Source of the DNA: a virus
IMG/VR virus record: IMGVR_UViG_3300010412_000005
Coordinates: 1 to 64,000 of that record
Strand: one strand, 5' to 3'
DNA length: 64,000 nt
The notes beneath the pieces are model-generated. The model searched no databases, was not told the origin of the DNA, and worked only from the letters and a program-made list of their open reading frames with translations. Position 1 is the first letter of the stretch. Each line of letters starts with the position of its first letter. Positions 8,583-18,180 of this stretch are shown here, piece after piece. The translations under genes and the position numbers were made by a program.

Positions 8583-8583
8583 G

Positions 8584-10104
8584 TCACACAGGCAGGAGGG
8601 AGGATTTCACGATCCTCCCTTCTGTTTTTCCCACCCGTGCATTCCACACGTCCTGCAGTAGCATCGCAGGCTCTTCGCCAGATAGGAGGTAGGTCAAGGA
8701 GTCGAATACGTGCCTGAACTTCGATGGTGCTATCGGCTTACTCAGCGTTGAACCTGCACGCAACGCCTTGACCATCTCTATCGTCATCTTGCACTTCGCG
8801 CTGATCATGATCCTATCCTCATGCAGCAGCACCCTGAGCAAGTTGATTCGCTTCTGGATCGAGCCTGGGAACTTTGGAGCTGCCTGAAGGATCACGTTGG
8901 TCTCTGAGTATTTGTAGACCAGATTGGCGTCGTATCCCTCAGCGCCAGCCCTGTAGTTCGTCAGCGCAGCTGAGTCAGACCAATGCCTCCATACTGGCAT
9001 CTTCTTGCACTGCCTGTTCCACAGATCGAAGTGCTCCATAAACTCATCGACAAACTCTGACAGGCCCATATTGTCATCTGTCAGATGGTTCACTTCGTCG
9101 AGAATCCAGTAGATCTTTCCGTTTCCATCTCCAGGATCAATAACCTCAGCTATGTGCGTGCTGTGATACTTGTCACCCAAGTCCCACCCGCTAAACAGTT
9201 GGTTGCAGTTCTCAGTTGGAAGGAGAACTTCCCAGTCGTCCTTGTTGACGAGCGAACAGTCACCGACGACATGGACTTCTTCCCTGAACTGCTCCCCGAA
9301 TAGCGCACCCTTTGACGCTCGCGTCCACCTTCCTTCGATGTAGCGTGCGTATAGATCCTTGTCGTGGGCAAATCTCTGAATCAAAGCCTCTCGTTCCTCA
9401 TCGCTCAGATACGGGTTGTCATGGATCATGACTTCGATCAGGGCGAGCTGCCTTTGCAGCGCTGGAGTCTTTGAGTCTTGGTCTACGCGATCCTCATACC
9501 ACAGCTTGTAGATCCAGGAATCGGGTCCGTCGTCCGCAGGATTAGTGTCGGACAGCCATAGGTGACCCCAAAAGTCCAACCCAGGCATCCGTAACTGATC
9601 CGACGTGATGTCAAAGACCAGTCTGCTCCTAAAGTTCGATAGCTCAGCGAAGTAGAACATGCTGAACCGGGTTCCCTTGGCGATTGATTCGACTTCGTTT
9701 TCATTGTCGATTGAGTGGAGCTGGATCTCGGATTCCCCTCCATACTGGTTAGCCAGACGGATATACATCATGCGCGTCTGAGCGTCCTGCTTCGGACCTA
9801 AAGTCCCATCGCTTTTCCTTGTTGTTATCTTGGTTGTCCTGGCGTCTAGCCATTCTGGCAGAACAAGTTCGATGACATCATTCCACACTCCACCCGCCTT
9901 TGCGTTCTTGACGGTTTTGGCAAACATGCCAATTCTGGCTCGTGGCGTCTCAACCGCATGCCGAATCAGCCTATGAAGATTGCCCCATGTCTTCCCAGAC
10001 ATCTTAGGGCCAGATGCAAGAATGCATCGTCCAGGGCTGTTGTAGATCTCCAGCTGTTTGGGCGAGAGTTCTGGATACCAATATCCCTGTGCGTCAATAG
10101 GCAT
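8584..10104 (-). CDS. terL: terminase large subunit
   Basis: PKQ adenine-binding motif, Walker A SGPKMSGKT, DTNP coupling motif, DNPYL, nuclease GWDLG and HVFDSLTY. Confidence 0.92.
   Translation of the reverse strand: MPIDAQGYWYPELSPKQLEIYNSPGRCILASGPKMSGKTWGNLHRLIRHAVETPRARIGMFAKTVKNAKAGGVWNDVIELVLPEWLDARTTKITTRKSDGTLGPKQDAQTRMMYIRLANQYGGESEIQLHSIDNENEVESIAKGTRFSMFYFAELSNFRSRLVFDITSDQLRMPGLDFWGHLWLSDTNPADDGPDSWIYKLWYEDRVDQDSKTPALQRQLALIEVMIHDNPYLSDEEREALIQRFAHDKDLYARYIEGRWTRASKGALFGEQFREEVHVVGDCSLVNKDDWEVLLPTENCNQLFSGWDLGDKYHSTHIAEVIDPGDGNGKIYWILDEVNHLTDDNMGLSEFVDEFMEHFDLWNRQCKKMPVWRHWSDSAALTNYRAGAEGYDANLVYKYSETNVILQAAPKFPGSIQKRINLLRVLLHEDRIMISAKCKMTIEMVKALRAGSTLSKPIAPSKFRHVFDSLTYLLSGEEPAMLLQDVWNARVGKTEGRIVKSSLLPV
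8593..8629 (+). terminator. intrinsic terminator, antisense within the terL 3' end
   Basis: CAGGAGGGAGGAT-ttcacg-ATCCTCCCTTCTG (13 bp, one G-U) followed by TTTTT. Confidence 0.7.
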
Positions 10105-10146
10105 GGTGCTGTAGACTTCTGTGGCAGATCATAACACTGATGACTT

Positions 10147-10449
10147 ATGCCTACTCAACTTGCTCTCGACAAGACTGATCCTGCCGTAGCTGACATTCTC
10201 GGAATGCTCACCGAAGGCGAGCCGATCAGTATCATGGTCACGGCCATTCCTGGCCCGACCGCAGACCCGGTTGTTGTGCTGGACGTCACTGACATCGAAA
10301 TCGAGGAGATGGAGAATGAGTCGAAAAGCACCCAACGCTCGGATCTTATGCCAGAAACCCAGCTTAAAGAAGGAGGTTTCGACACAGGACCTGTTGCCCC
10401 AACGAAGAAAAACAAGCCGACGCAGCGCCCAAATCAGCCTCACCAATAA
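10147..10449 (+). CDS. hypothetical acidic protein
   Basis: first ORF of the head operon, 42 nt from the divergent terL start. Confidence 0.65.
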   Translation: MPTQLALDKTDPAVADILGMLTEGEPISIMVTAIPGPTADPVVVLDVTDIEIEEMENESKSTQRSDLMPETQLKEGGFDTGPVAPTKKNKPTQRPNQPHQ

Positions 10450-10693
10450 CGGAGACGGAACTTTTGACGTAGACATCAGCGCCAAGAACCTGCGCCTGCT
10501 GACAAAAAAGCAGGGAAAGGTCATTACGCTGCTTGACATAGAAGACATTGCGCTGGTTGAACTAGCAGTTGGTAACATAGCATTCAAACCCAAAGTCATC
10601 GTCAAGATCGAGAGGCGCATAACAGCAGAGGACAGGTTTAAGATCGCACGCGAACAGGTCAGGCAGAGAATTAAGGAGCCCCAATTACTATGA
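10316..10693 (+). CDS. hypothetical basic protein
   Basis: GAGGAG 7 nt before ATG 10316; ATGA overlap with the portal gene. Confidence 0.6.
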   Translation: MSRKAPNARILCQKPSLKKEVSTQDLLPQRRKTSRRSAQISLTNNGDGTFDVDISAKNLRLLTKKQGKVITLLDIEDIALVELAVGNIAFKPKVIVKIERRITAEDRFKIAREQVRQRIKEPQLL

Positions 10694-13050
10694 CAAAAGA
10701 TCTCATCGAGAAGCTGAAGCTCACGCCGAAAGACCTGAAGCCGAAGTTCTCCCAAAAGACTTGGCCTGACGGAATTCGCAAGCTGCGCAATCTTGTCAGG
10801 GATCGTATTCAAGAGGGGCGAGACTTCAATCTGTCTGACTTCAAATACTGGTGGGCAATGGACGTTGCCTACGATGCACCTTTCAGGCAGGTCACTCCAA
10901 CCGTCATGGCGTCGTTCCTTGAGACGCTTACGACTCAGGACTATTCAAGCGAGGAAGTGCTGAGAAAGGCTGAGCAGTGGGGTTTGACCAAGTTCATCAG
11001 AACCATCAAGACTGAGGACAAGGAGCGTAAGGAGCTGGATATCCCTGTGATGTTCAAGGTGGTGCTTCCATTGACCAGATCCTATCTGAACATACGCTGG
11101 AGTAAGCTCTACAACGACCGCGACCTGCACCCGCTGCTGAGTTTCGAGCCGATCAAATACACCGAACTGAACCGCATTCGGTGCGAGATCTTGACGGATC
11201 GAGTCGAATACATGTCGCATCAGTTCGGATACCGCTCGACTCTCAGGCAGTGGATCTTCAACGCTCTTCACTACGGTATCTCCATCATGTTCCCAATCGA
11301 GGACTGGTATATGGAGAACGAGCTTTACATCGACGGTGACGGGCTGGTTCAGAAAAAGCTGTTCAAGGAGGGGCTTCGATACAACATCCCACATCCAAGC
11401 CGGGTGTTTTACGATCAAGCTCACAGGATTGGCACGATCAACAGCGATTCAGGCTGTGAATACGCCGGTTACTGGCGCGTAGCTCGATACCGTGATGTCC
11501 TCTATTCTGGCAAGTATTGGAATACTGAGCGTGTCTCGATCTACAGACATGACCTGATCCGAAACAATCGGATATTCTTCAACACTGTCTACCCGTGCCA
11601 GATGGAATTCCCAACTGACAATGCACTTGCTACGACTGGTGCAGGCATGATGGACAGGGAAAGCGGTGTGGCTTACTACACCACCAGTCATGAAGACAAG
11701 GCTGTTGTGCTGACTGACATCTTCATGAAGTTCTCACCGAAGGAATTCGGGCTTGCTGACTACGACGAGCGCATGTGGTTCAGGTTCGTCATGGCCAACG
11801 ACGACGACTTTCTCTACGTCGCTCCAATCTGCTACACTCCTCCTGTTTACATGGGGTATGACTACCATGAAGAGCGCAATAGGAATGCCAGCCTCACGCT
11901 TGAGATCCTTCCGTTCCAGGATCACATGTCCAATCTGCTCACGCAGACGATCCTGGCAGCCAAAAGCAACCTTGCTAAGGCTGTGTTCGTCAACACGGAT
12001 CTCGTCAATCAGCAGTATCTCGACAAGCTTGAGAACATGGGCGAGAACTTCTATCGCTCGCTGAACTTCATTCCGTATTCGCAGCGTCAGGTGATGCTCA
12101 AGCAGGATGACATTCGTCAGGCGTTCTACCCGGTAAACTTCCCTGTGCTCAATACGGTAGAGCTGACGAGCGCGATCAGGCTGCTGCTCGATGCTCTGGA
12201 GCGCGTGCTGGTATTCTCAGCTCAGGAGGTAGGCGCAGTTGCAAGCCATGAGCAGACAGCGGAGGAAGTTCGGCTGATTGGGACGGCTGTCAGCAACCGT
12301 GTCCAGCTGACCGGCAGCTTCGTTGATGACGCAATCGACGCCTGGAAGCGCCAGCTTTACAAGGCATTGATGGGGTATGGTCACAAGGAAGTCTGGGCTC
12401 AGATGCCGTCAGACCCTCCAGTCAACGATGCAATGCTCAAGAAGCTTGGGTTCACCGTGGACGAACCTGGAGTCCCAGGTCTAAGCAACACACTGGTCAA
12501 GGGTCCGCTTTCTTCGTTGGCACTTGAGGGCTTCTCAAGCCGCAGAGACGGTCAGGATCGAATCAACGACGTCCAGATCGCAGCCGCGATGACCAATGTG
12601 CTGCAATTCGCCATGTCCAATCAGGTTGCCAGCTTGGCAATCGGCGCTGATCAGTTCATCAAGGTTGTCAACGAGATCGCCCGTATTGCTGGCCTGCCTC
12701 GCGACTTCAAGCTCGTGGTCAAGAACCGCGAGAAGATCGCTGAGATCGAAGGTGGGCAGCCGAACCAGCAGGAGCAGATGCAGCAGATTCTCGCTCAGTT
12801 GTCTGAGCAGATCCTCAATAAGGCTGGAGAGCAGTCTATGCAGATTGCCCAGGAAACGGTTGGGCAGGCAATGCAGCCTGTGGCTGAAGCCGTCCAGGGC
12901 AACGCTCAGCAAATCGCTGCCACTCAGCAGGCTATCGAGCCGATGTCTACCAGCATCGAAGAAATTGCCACTCGACTCAATGAGCTGATTCAGATAGCAG
13001 GTATGGCTGATGGACGTGAACCTAATAGAAATCAGCAGCCCACAGCGTAA
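10690..13050 (+). CDS. portal protein
   Basis: size, position before scaffold and capsid, TAEEV motif (TATE-like), Gln-rich C-terminal barrel as in P22-type portals. Confidence 0.8.
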   Translation: MTKDLIEKLKLTPKDLKPKFSQKTWPDGIRKLRNLVRDRIQEGRDFNLSDFKYWWAMDVAYDAPFRQVTPTVMASFLETLTTQDYSSEEVLRKAEQWGLTKFIRTIKTEDKERKELDIPVMFKVVLPLTRSYLNIRWSKLYNDRDLHPLLSFEPIKYTELNRIRCEILTDRVEYMSHQFGYRSTLRQWIFNALHYGISIMFPIEDWYMENELYIDGDGLVQKKLFKEGLRYNIPHPSRVFYDQAHRIGTINSDSGCEYAGYWRVARYRDVLYSGKYWNTERVSIYRHDLIRNNRIFFNTVYPCQMEFPTDNALATTGAGMMDRESGVAYYTTSHEDKAVVLTDIFMKFSPKEFGLADYDERMWFRFVMANDDDFLYVAPICYTPPVYMGYDYHEERNRNASLTLEILPFQDHMSNLLTQTILAAKSNLAKAVFVNTDLVNQQYLDKLENMGENFYRSLNFIPYSQRQVMLKQDDIRQAFYPVNFPVLNTVELTSAIRLLLDALERVLVFSAQEVGAVASHEQTAEEVRLIGTAVSNRVQLTGSFVDDAIDAWKRQLYKALMGYGHKEVWAQMPSDPPVNDAMLKKLGFTVDEPGVPGLSNTLVKGPLSSLALEGFSSRRDGQDRINDVQIAAAMTNVLQFAMSNQVASLAIGADQFIKVVNEIARIAGLPRDFKLVVKNREKIAEIEGGQPNQQEQMQQILAQLSEQILNKAGEQSMQIAQETVGQAMQPVAEAVQGNAQQIAATQQAIEPMSTSIEEIATRLNELIQIAGMADGREPNRNQQPTA

Positions 13051-13294
13051 CGAGGTTCGCAAGCTCTTCACAGACAGTAAGTTCGACCTGCTCCTGCGGT
13101 GCATCCAGGCAGAGTGTGATTGGCTCACTTGGAATGCCCAAGTAAACAAGGTCGAGTTCCTCTACAAAGAGGAATTTGACCGTGAAGCTATGGCAGGATT
13201 CAAAAAAGCATCTCGACTTGCTGTTGCACTTGAGGTTCTAAGAGAGTATGCAGACGATAAGAAACAGCTCTGCACACTCTCTATTGAACCATGA
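13010..13294 (+). CDS. small helical protein between portal and scaffold
   Basis: usual position for podovirus-type head modules; ATGA overlap downstream. Confidence 0.7.
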   Translation: MDVNLIEISSPQRNEVRKLFTDSKFDLLLRCIQAECDWLTWNAQVNKVEFLYKEEFDREAMAGFKKASRLAVALEVLREYADDKKQLCTLSIEP

Positions 13295-15045
13295 GCGACA
13301 GACCAGCTAGTGAAGAAATCCGAGATACTCTCGGAGCACCCACATTATTGGAATCAGCGCGAGAAGCGCAAAGACGCGCCGGTTCGTCTTCGTCAGGTGA
13401 CGGAGATGGATCAGGAGAAGGAGGAGGGGATAACAACCAGTGGAAGGTTAAAAGCCTCAATCCTATGGCTATAGGAGAAGAGGAAGGCGGTAAGAAGAAA
13501 GAGAGGCAAATCACCCAGAAGAACGGGGTTGTTGAGGACGATGATGGAGTTGAGGACGTTAGAGGAGCAGCTTCATTCCTTGGCAAAAAGCTTTTCGGAG
13601 AGCGCTTCTCTGGCCGAGTGAATGAGAAGGGTCAGCAGCAAGAAGGAGAGGGTGGGGATGGAGAAGATGGCAATGAGGGTAATCGCCAAAAGACTGATGA
13701 TGGTGCAGCAGGCGACAAGGGCGGTAAGACAGGGAAAGAAAAGCAGGGTCAGGATGGGACGGATGATTCCTCTGGCAAGAAAGGGGTGCGCGTCACCAAA
13801 ACGCTGAAGTCCAGTCCAAGGCTTACCAGTGAAGATATTGCCAGTGTTGTAAAGGCGACCATTGAAGCGACTCGTCCTGGGTCTGGGACTTCCACAGCTG
13901 CTTCTGGGGATGGAGAAGGTTCTGTGCATGGCTCTGAAGTTGATTCAGTTCTGAAGTCATTGTCTCCCAAAGACAAGAAGAACTTCGAGATCATCTCCAA
14001 GATGTCGGAACTGAACGAGTCCTACAAGGAGTTGCCTCAGCAGTTTATTGACTTCCAAAAGGCCAAGAAGCAATACGCCGACGACTACAAGAAGGAGCAC
14101 GGAGAAACCGTCAACTGGGAGGACGAAGAGCATGCAAACTGGATCGAAGAAAACCAGCCTCAGTTTGATGAAGAAGACTTCGTCGACGCTCGCATTGAGC
14201 TTCGGGCCGATGCTGTGGCGAGTAAGAGGATGGAAAAGCTCCAAGAAAAACTTACCGAAACAGAAAGACGTGCTACTGAGGGAACCCTCAGAGAGCGAAT
14301 GACTGAGACAGCCAAGGCTGAAATCAGTGCATTCACTGAGGCTTTTGTCCCTGAAGCAGAATGGGATCTGACGACAGCAGCAGGCAGGAAGGCTGCAGCC
14401 GAGGAAGACCCTGTGCTTGGTGGGATAGCTTCAAGGTGGGCCGAAGTCATGGAGCAGGCAGCTGAAAAGCTGATCAGGCTGTATGACGGTGGTGGTCTGT
14501 GGAAAGCCAGCATGAATGACCCAGTCGACCGATATCTGGCAACATTGGCCCAGAATTGGGAGAAAGCCCTGGCTGATCAGGACCCAGAATCCACACTGAA
14601 CAAGGACGGCAAGCAGTTCGCAACAAGGGCTGAATTCCGCAAGATGACTCCAGAAGAGCAGGATAAACACTGGATCATCGGGCGTGAGGAAATGCTCTGG
14701 ATTCTGCCTAGGGACATATCTGAGAAGGCAAACATTGAGAAAGATGAGGAGCTTGTGAGGCTTGAGAAGATCGCCAAGGCACGTGGTTGGAGGTTCGACA
14801 AGGAGTCACTTTCGACACAGAAGAAACGCGTTCGTCAGAACCCTGATGGAATCGACGAGGATGGGCAACGTGCGACAAGAAGCGCGTTTTCTGAGCGCCG
14901 TGGCGAAGAGGAGGTTTCATCCCCAAGCTCAACGAACGGATCAAAAGTCACTACCGTTCCGAATAATCGCGCTGCTTCCAACAAGACTTTTTCGACACTG
15001 CTGGTGCAAAAGTTGTTTGGGAGGCAAAGTGGTAGCAGCGAATAA
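13291..15045 (+). CDS. putative capsid scaffolding protein
   Basis: acidic G/D/E/K low-complexity N-terminus, helical core, directly upstream of capsid gene. Confidence 0.65.
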   Translation: MSDRPASEEIRDTLGAPTLLESAREAQRRAGSSSSGDGDGSGEGGGDNNQWKVKSLNPMAIGEEEGGKKKERQITQKNGVVEDDDGVEDVRGAASFLGKKLFGERFSGRVNEKGQQQEGEGGDGEDGNEGNRQKTDDGAAGDKGGKTGKEKQGQDGTDDSSGKKGVRVTKTLKSSPRLTSEDIASVVKATIEATRPGSGTSTAASGDGEGSVHGSEVDSVLKSLSPKDKKNFEIISKMSELNESYKELPQQFIDFQKAKKQYADDYKKEHGETVNWEDEEHANWIEENQPQFDEEDFVDARIELRADAVASKRMEKLQEKLTETERRATEGTLRERMTETAKAEISAFTEAFVPEAEWDLTTAAGRKAAAEEDPVLGGIASRWAEVMEQAAEKLIRLYDGGGLWKASMNDPVDRYLATLAQNWEKALADQDPESTLNKDGKQFATRAEFRKMTPEEQDKHWIIGREEMLWILPRDISEKANIEKDEELVRLEKIAKARGWRFDKESLSTQKKRVRQNPDGIDEDGQRATRSAFSERRGEEEVSSPSSTNGSKVTTVPNNRAASNKTFSTLLVQKLFGRQSGSSE

Positions 15046-15083
15046 GACATCAGATCCAATGCCGGTTGTCGCGCTATTAACAC

Positions 15084-16784
15084 ATGCCTAGTAACATTGG
15101 TTCCAACATCTTCAGCACGGTCAATCGCTGCGCACCAGCGATAGGCACGAGCTACGACAGTTGCGGAACCGTGACCCGGTGTAATGTGATCGGGGCGACT
15201 CCGTCCGATCTCGAAAGCATTTTCACCGATGGCACGGACTTCCGAGACATGTCGTCGCTGTTGGCTGTGCAGTTCGAGATGAAGGCTTGCGGAACTCGCA
15301 TCAATGGTCTGTTCGACTTCTTGATGGCCAGCTCTCGCAACTTCAGCGGCTTCATCAACAAGAAACGGATTCGCGGAAGCGAGTCGCTTGTTGAGCCGTT
15401 CATCCTTGGACAGCAGAAGTCCATCATCAACGACGAGTATTGGGCAGTCGTCTCTGGCTCTGGAGACGCGGCTTCCTATCAGGTGCACGTAGTCAACCGC
15501 TACGGCATCGAGCTGGATACCGCGTGGTTCGTGCCTGAAGGCAGAGTGTTCATCTTCTCTCGCACCGCTGGCGGATCTGCTACCCGCACCGCTTGGCGTA
15601 TCGTCTCTTCGGAGGATTCCACCTACGCCGGTCAGGCTACGATTCTTCTCACGCTCACGTCTGAGAACGCTGGTTCCTACATGAGCGCTGCGAAGCTGAC
15701 GTTCCCAACGACTGGCTTCCTGGTGCTCGGCACCAACAACGTCTCCGACTGGGAGCGCTACTGCCATAACCGGCCTGCGCTCAACCCGAACCGCTATGTG
15801 CCGTTCTGGTTCCAGACCAGCCGATGGACGATGTGCACGGACTCGCTCTACGAGGAGTGGTTCAACAAGCTCCTGACGACCAACGAATACTTCCGTCAGT
15901 TCGGTGATGTGAACATCGCTGAGCGTAACCGGCAGTATGCCATGCTGTTCCAGCGCGAGTGGCTGAACAGCTTCTTCTGGAACAAGCCGATCTCGGCCAA
16001 CCAGACGTTGTCTCTCTGGAAGAACCTGGAGAAGATCTACACCTACGGTGGTTCTCCGCTGTATCTTCCGAACGAAACCCGCTGCGTTGGCTTCCGCGCC
16101 AATGCCGTTGGTGTTTACGAGCAACTCTACCAGTGCGGTCAGGTGCTCGATCTGCAGAATCAGCAGCTCAACATCATTGAGTTGCTCGACAAGATCTACG
16201 CGATCCACCGATCTCGCAGCTCTCAGGGTAAGGTTGCCGATTCTATCGACATCTACACGGACTCGTTCACGGCCCATCTGTTCCACCGTGCGATGATCCG
16301 CTACTACAACGCCCAGTATGAGGGTCTCGCTCGGTTCAATATCGAGGTTCAGGACGGCGAGCATGGTGTGCTCGGGTTCCGCTGGAGCAGCTACTACCTG
16401 CTGTTCCCCAAGGGTGTGACGATCAACATCATCACGCACTTCTTCTTCGACGACATTGGCGATGCCGGTGAAGCCGAAGACATGACCAGCACCGCTCGGT
16501 TCCTGTGGATTCTGGACCTTGGTGGTGGAATCTATCCTGGCATCATCGCCTCCAACCGAAAGGTCTTCACGACCGGCAGACTGGAGGATCTGGCCAAGGT
16601 GGACAGCGCGTATGCGTGCGTCATGGAGAATCCTACCCAGGAAGTCTCCCTGAACTCTGTCACCTGGACTGGCGTTGTCGAGTGTCCGCCAGACAACCTG
16701 ATCATTGAGAACTTCCGAGATGTGATCCCCGATCACGACGAGAAGTCTGGTGATTATGGCGATGTCTACACCTACATCGACTAA
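15084..16784 (+). CDS. major capsid protein (putative)
   Basis: position after scaffold, strong C-ending codon bias, followed by a terminator. Confidence 0.75.
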   Translation: MPSNIGSNIFSTVNRCAPAIGTSYDSCGTVTRCNVIGATPSDLESIFTDGTDFRDMSSLLAVQFEMKACGTRINGLFDFLMASSRNFSGFINKKRIRGSESLVEPFILGQQKSIINDEYWAVVSGSGDAASYQVHVVNRYGIELDTAWFVPEGRVFIFSRTAGGSATRTAWRIVSSEDSTYAGQATILLTLTSENAGSYMSAAKLTFPTTGFLVLGTNNVSDWERYCHNRPALNPNRYVPFWFQTSRWTMCTDSLYEEWFNKLLTTNEYFRQFGDVNIAERNRQYAMLFQREWLNSFFWNKPISANQTLSLWKNLEKIYTYGGSPLYLPNETRCVGFRANAVGVYEQLYQCGQVLDLQNQQLNIIELLDKIYAIHRSRSSQGKVADSIDIYTDSFTAHLFHRAMIRYYNAQYEGLARFNIEVQDGEHGVLGFRWSSYYLLFPKGVTINIITHFFFDDIGDAGEAEDMTSTARFLWILDLGGGIYPGIIASNRKVFTTGRLEDLAKVDSAYACVMENPTQEVSLNSVTWTGVVECPPDNLIIENFRDVIPDHDEKSGDYGDVYTYID

Positions 16785-16808
16785 GCCTTACAGGCAGTAG
16801 CCTGCACG

Positions 16809-16842
16809 AAAGGGGCGGGGCTTGATCGCCCTGCCCCTTTTT
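16809..16842 (+). terminator. intrinsic terminator after capsid gene
   Basis: AAAGGGGCGGGGC-ttgatc-GCCCTGCCCCTTT then TT. Confidence 0.85.
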
Positions 16843-16859
16843 CGTATAGAAGGTCCGTT

Positions 16860-17300
16860 ATGCCAAAGTTCTTCAAAAAAGAAATCCCCTCACGTCCACT
16901 GTATTTGCCCATCGGCAGGCCGATTACCTTCGAGCACTACGATGACGACTACGGATACCTCAAAACTGATGATGGCTACATCATCGACCAACTATTTCAA
17001 TGCATAGCTTCCTCTCAGGGTGGCGTATCAGAGGTAACCGAAGCGGAATACATGGACTGGCTAAAAAAAAAGAGCAGCATGACATTGCCGCAGCTGCGGC
17101 AGAGAGAGTCAATCGGCCCAGGAGGACGAAGAAGAGCCGGGTTCGGTCAGGTTGCAGCGCCTGTGGTCACTGACGAGCGCACCATTATTGGAACGGCTAA
17201 CGATGCACCTATTACGAACGTCGCAACGCCTCAGCGAAGTGAGGGGTTGAAGGTTGAGCGCACGTTCGTGAAACCGCGAATAGGCAAACTCAATGATTGA
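16860..17300 (+). CDS. hypothetical protein
   Basis: clean ORF after capsid terminator, overlaps next start. Confidence 0.75.
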   Translation: MPKFFKKEIPSRPLYLPIGRPITFEHYDDDYGYLKTDDGYIIDQLFQCIASSQGGVSEVTEAEYMDWLKKKSSMTLPQLRQRESIGPGGRRRAGFGQVAAPVVTDERTIIGTANDAPITNVATPQRSEGLKVERTFVKPRIGKLND

Positions 17301-18174
17301 GCCAGAGTCAGCAATCACTTACACGACGTTCACCGACTTTTGCTCGCGGGTTCGGAAAATTGGTTTTCCTGACGGAGTGGGCGAAACATTGGTAACTGCG
17401 CACACGAACTGGGTCAAAAACGCATTGATCAAGGCGCAGCGATACATCGCGTGCATGCGCAAGATCCAGGTTAGCTTTTACTACAAGGATCAGGTCAATG
17501 ATCACTGTGGTGTGAGCACATTCCAGGGACCGCGTGGGAAGATCAATGCAGTCTATGCGTTCAAGCCTAACGACCCAACAGCATCAGTTGGCAGCGAAGA
17601 TGAGGATGCGCTCTGCAGGAAGTATTTCTACAAAGCCGTAACGCCTCAGCACATCACTAATTGGTCTCGCATAAATGACTGTAGATGGCGAGATCCTTCG
17701 ACTGTGGATTGGCAGACTGGTGCTGAAGTCTGCTATCCATACTACGACTCTGACACTGAGGAAGATGACTGCAAGTGGAAGTATGAAGAGAAGTTCTTCG
17801 CTCGCGGTCAGACAGGCCAGATCTACATGGCTCCTCGATTCCCATGCGGATACATAGTTGCCGTCCACTGGGAGGGAATCAGAAGGAAGTGGGAATCTTC
17901 AGATGCTGTCCCTGATGACGAAGACCTGATTGACTGGGCTGCTTCGTATATGCAAGTCGAGCACATGCTCAGGAACGACCATGACGCTGGAGGCTTGCTT
18001 GCTGCTATGCAGATGTCTGAGCGGACAAAGTTCGCAGACCTGATGTATTGGTGTAATGAGGAGCGAATGATGGCTGCCAAGATGGATGCAACGTCTGGCA
18101 TCGACACCGGCAACCTGCAGGAGATGTTCCAGTCGATTTACCCGCTGCCGACTACTGACGCAGCTAACCCATAA
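17293..18174 (+). CDS. putative head-tail adaptor
   Basis: position; N-terminal TFTDFCSRVR...WVKNAL..AQR helices and C-terminal helices typical of adaptor proteins. Confidence 0.55.
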   Translation: MIEPESAITYTTFTDFCSRVRKIGFPDGVGETLVTAHTNWVKNALIKAQRYIACMRKIQVSFYYKDQVNDHCGVSTFQGPRGKINAVYAFKPNDPTASVGSEDEDALCRKYFYKAVTPQHITNWSRINDCRWRDPSTVDWQTGAEVCYPYYDSDTEEDDCKWKYEEKFFARGQTGQIYMAPRFPCGYIVAVHWEGIRRKWESSDAVPDDEDLIDWAASYMQVEHMLRNDHDAGGLLAAMQMSERTKFADLMYWCNEERMMAAKMDATSGIDTGNLQEMFQSIYPLPTTDAANP

Positions 18175-18180
18175 CGAATC

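Noticed and set aside
8500-10146. Actively invertible terL segment
   Set aside because: No convincing inverted repeat pair at the two ends; only a short CTGATG half-site is shared.
14835-16736. 633-aa minus-strand ORF opposite the capsid gene
   Set aside because: Antisense shadow expected from the strong C-ending codon bias of the capsid gene; no motifs and odd composition.
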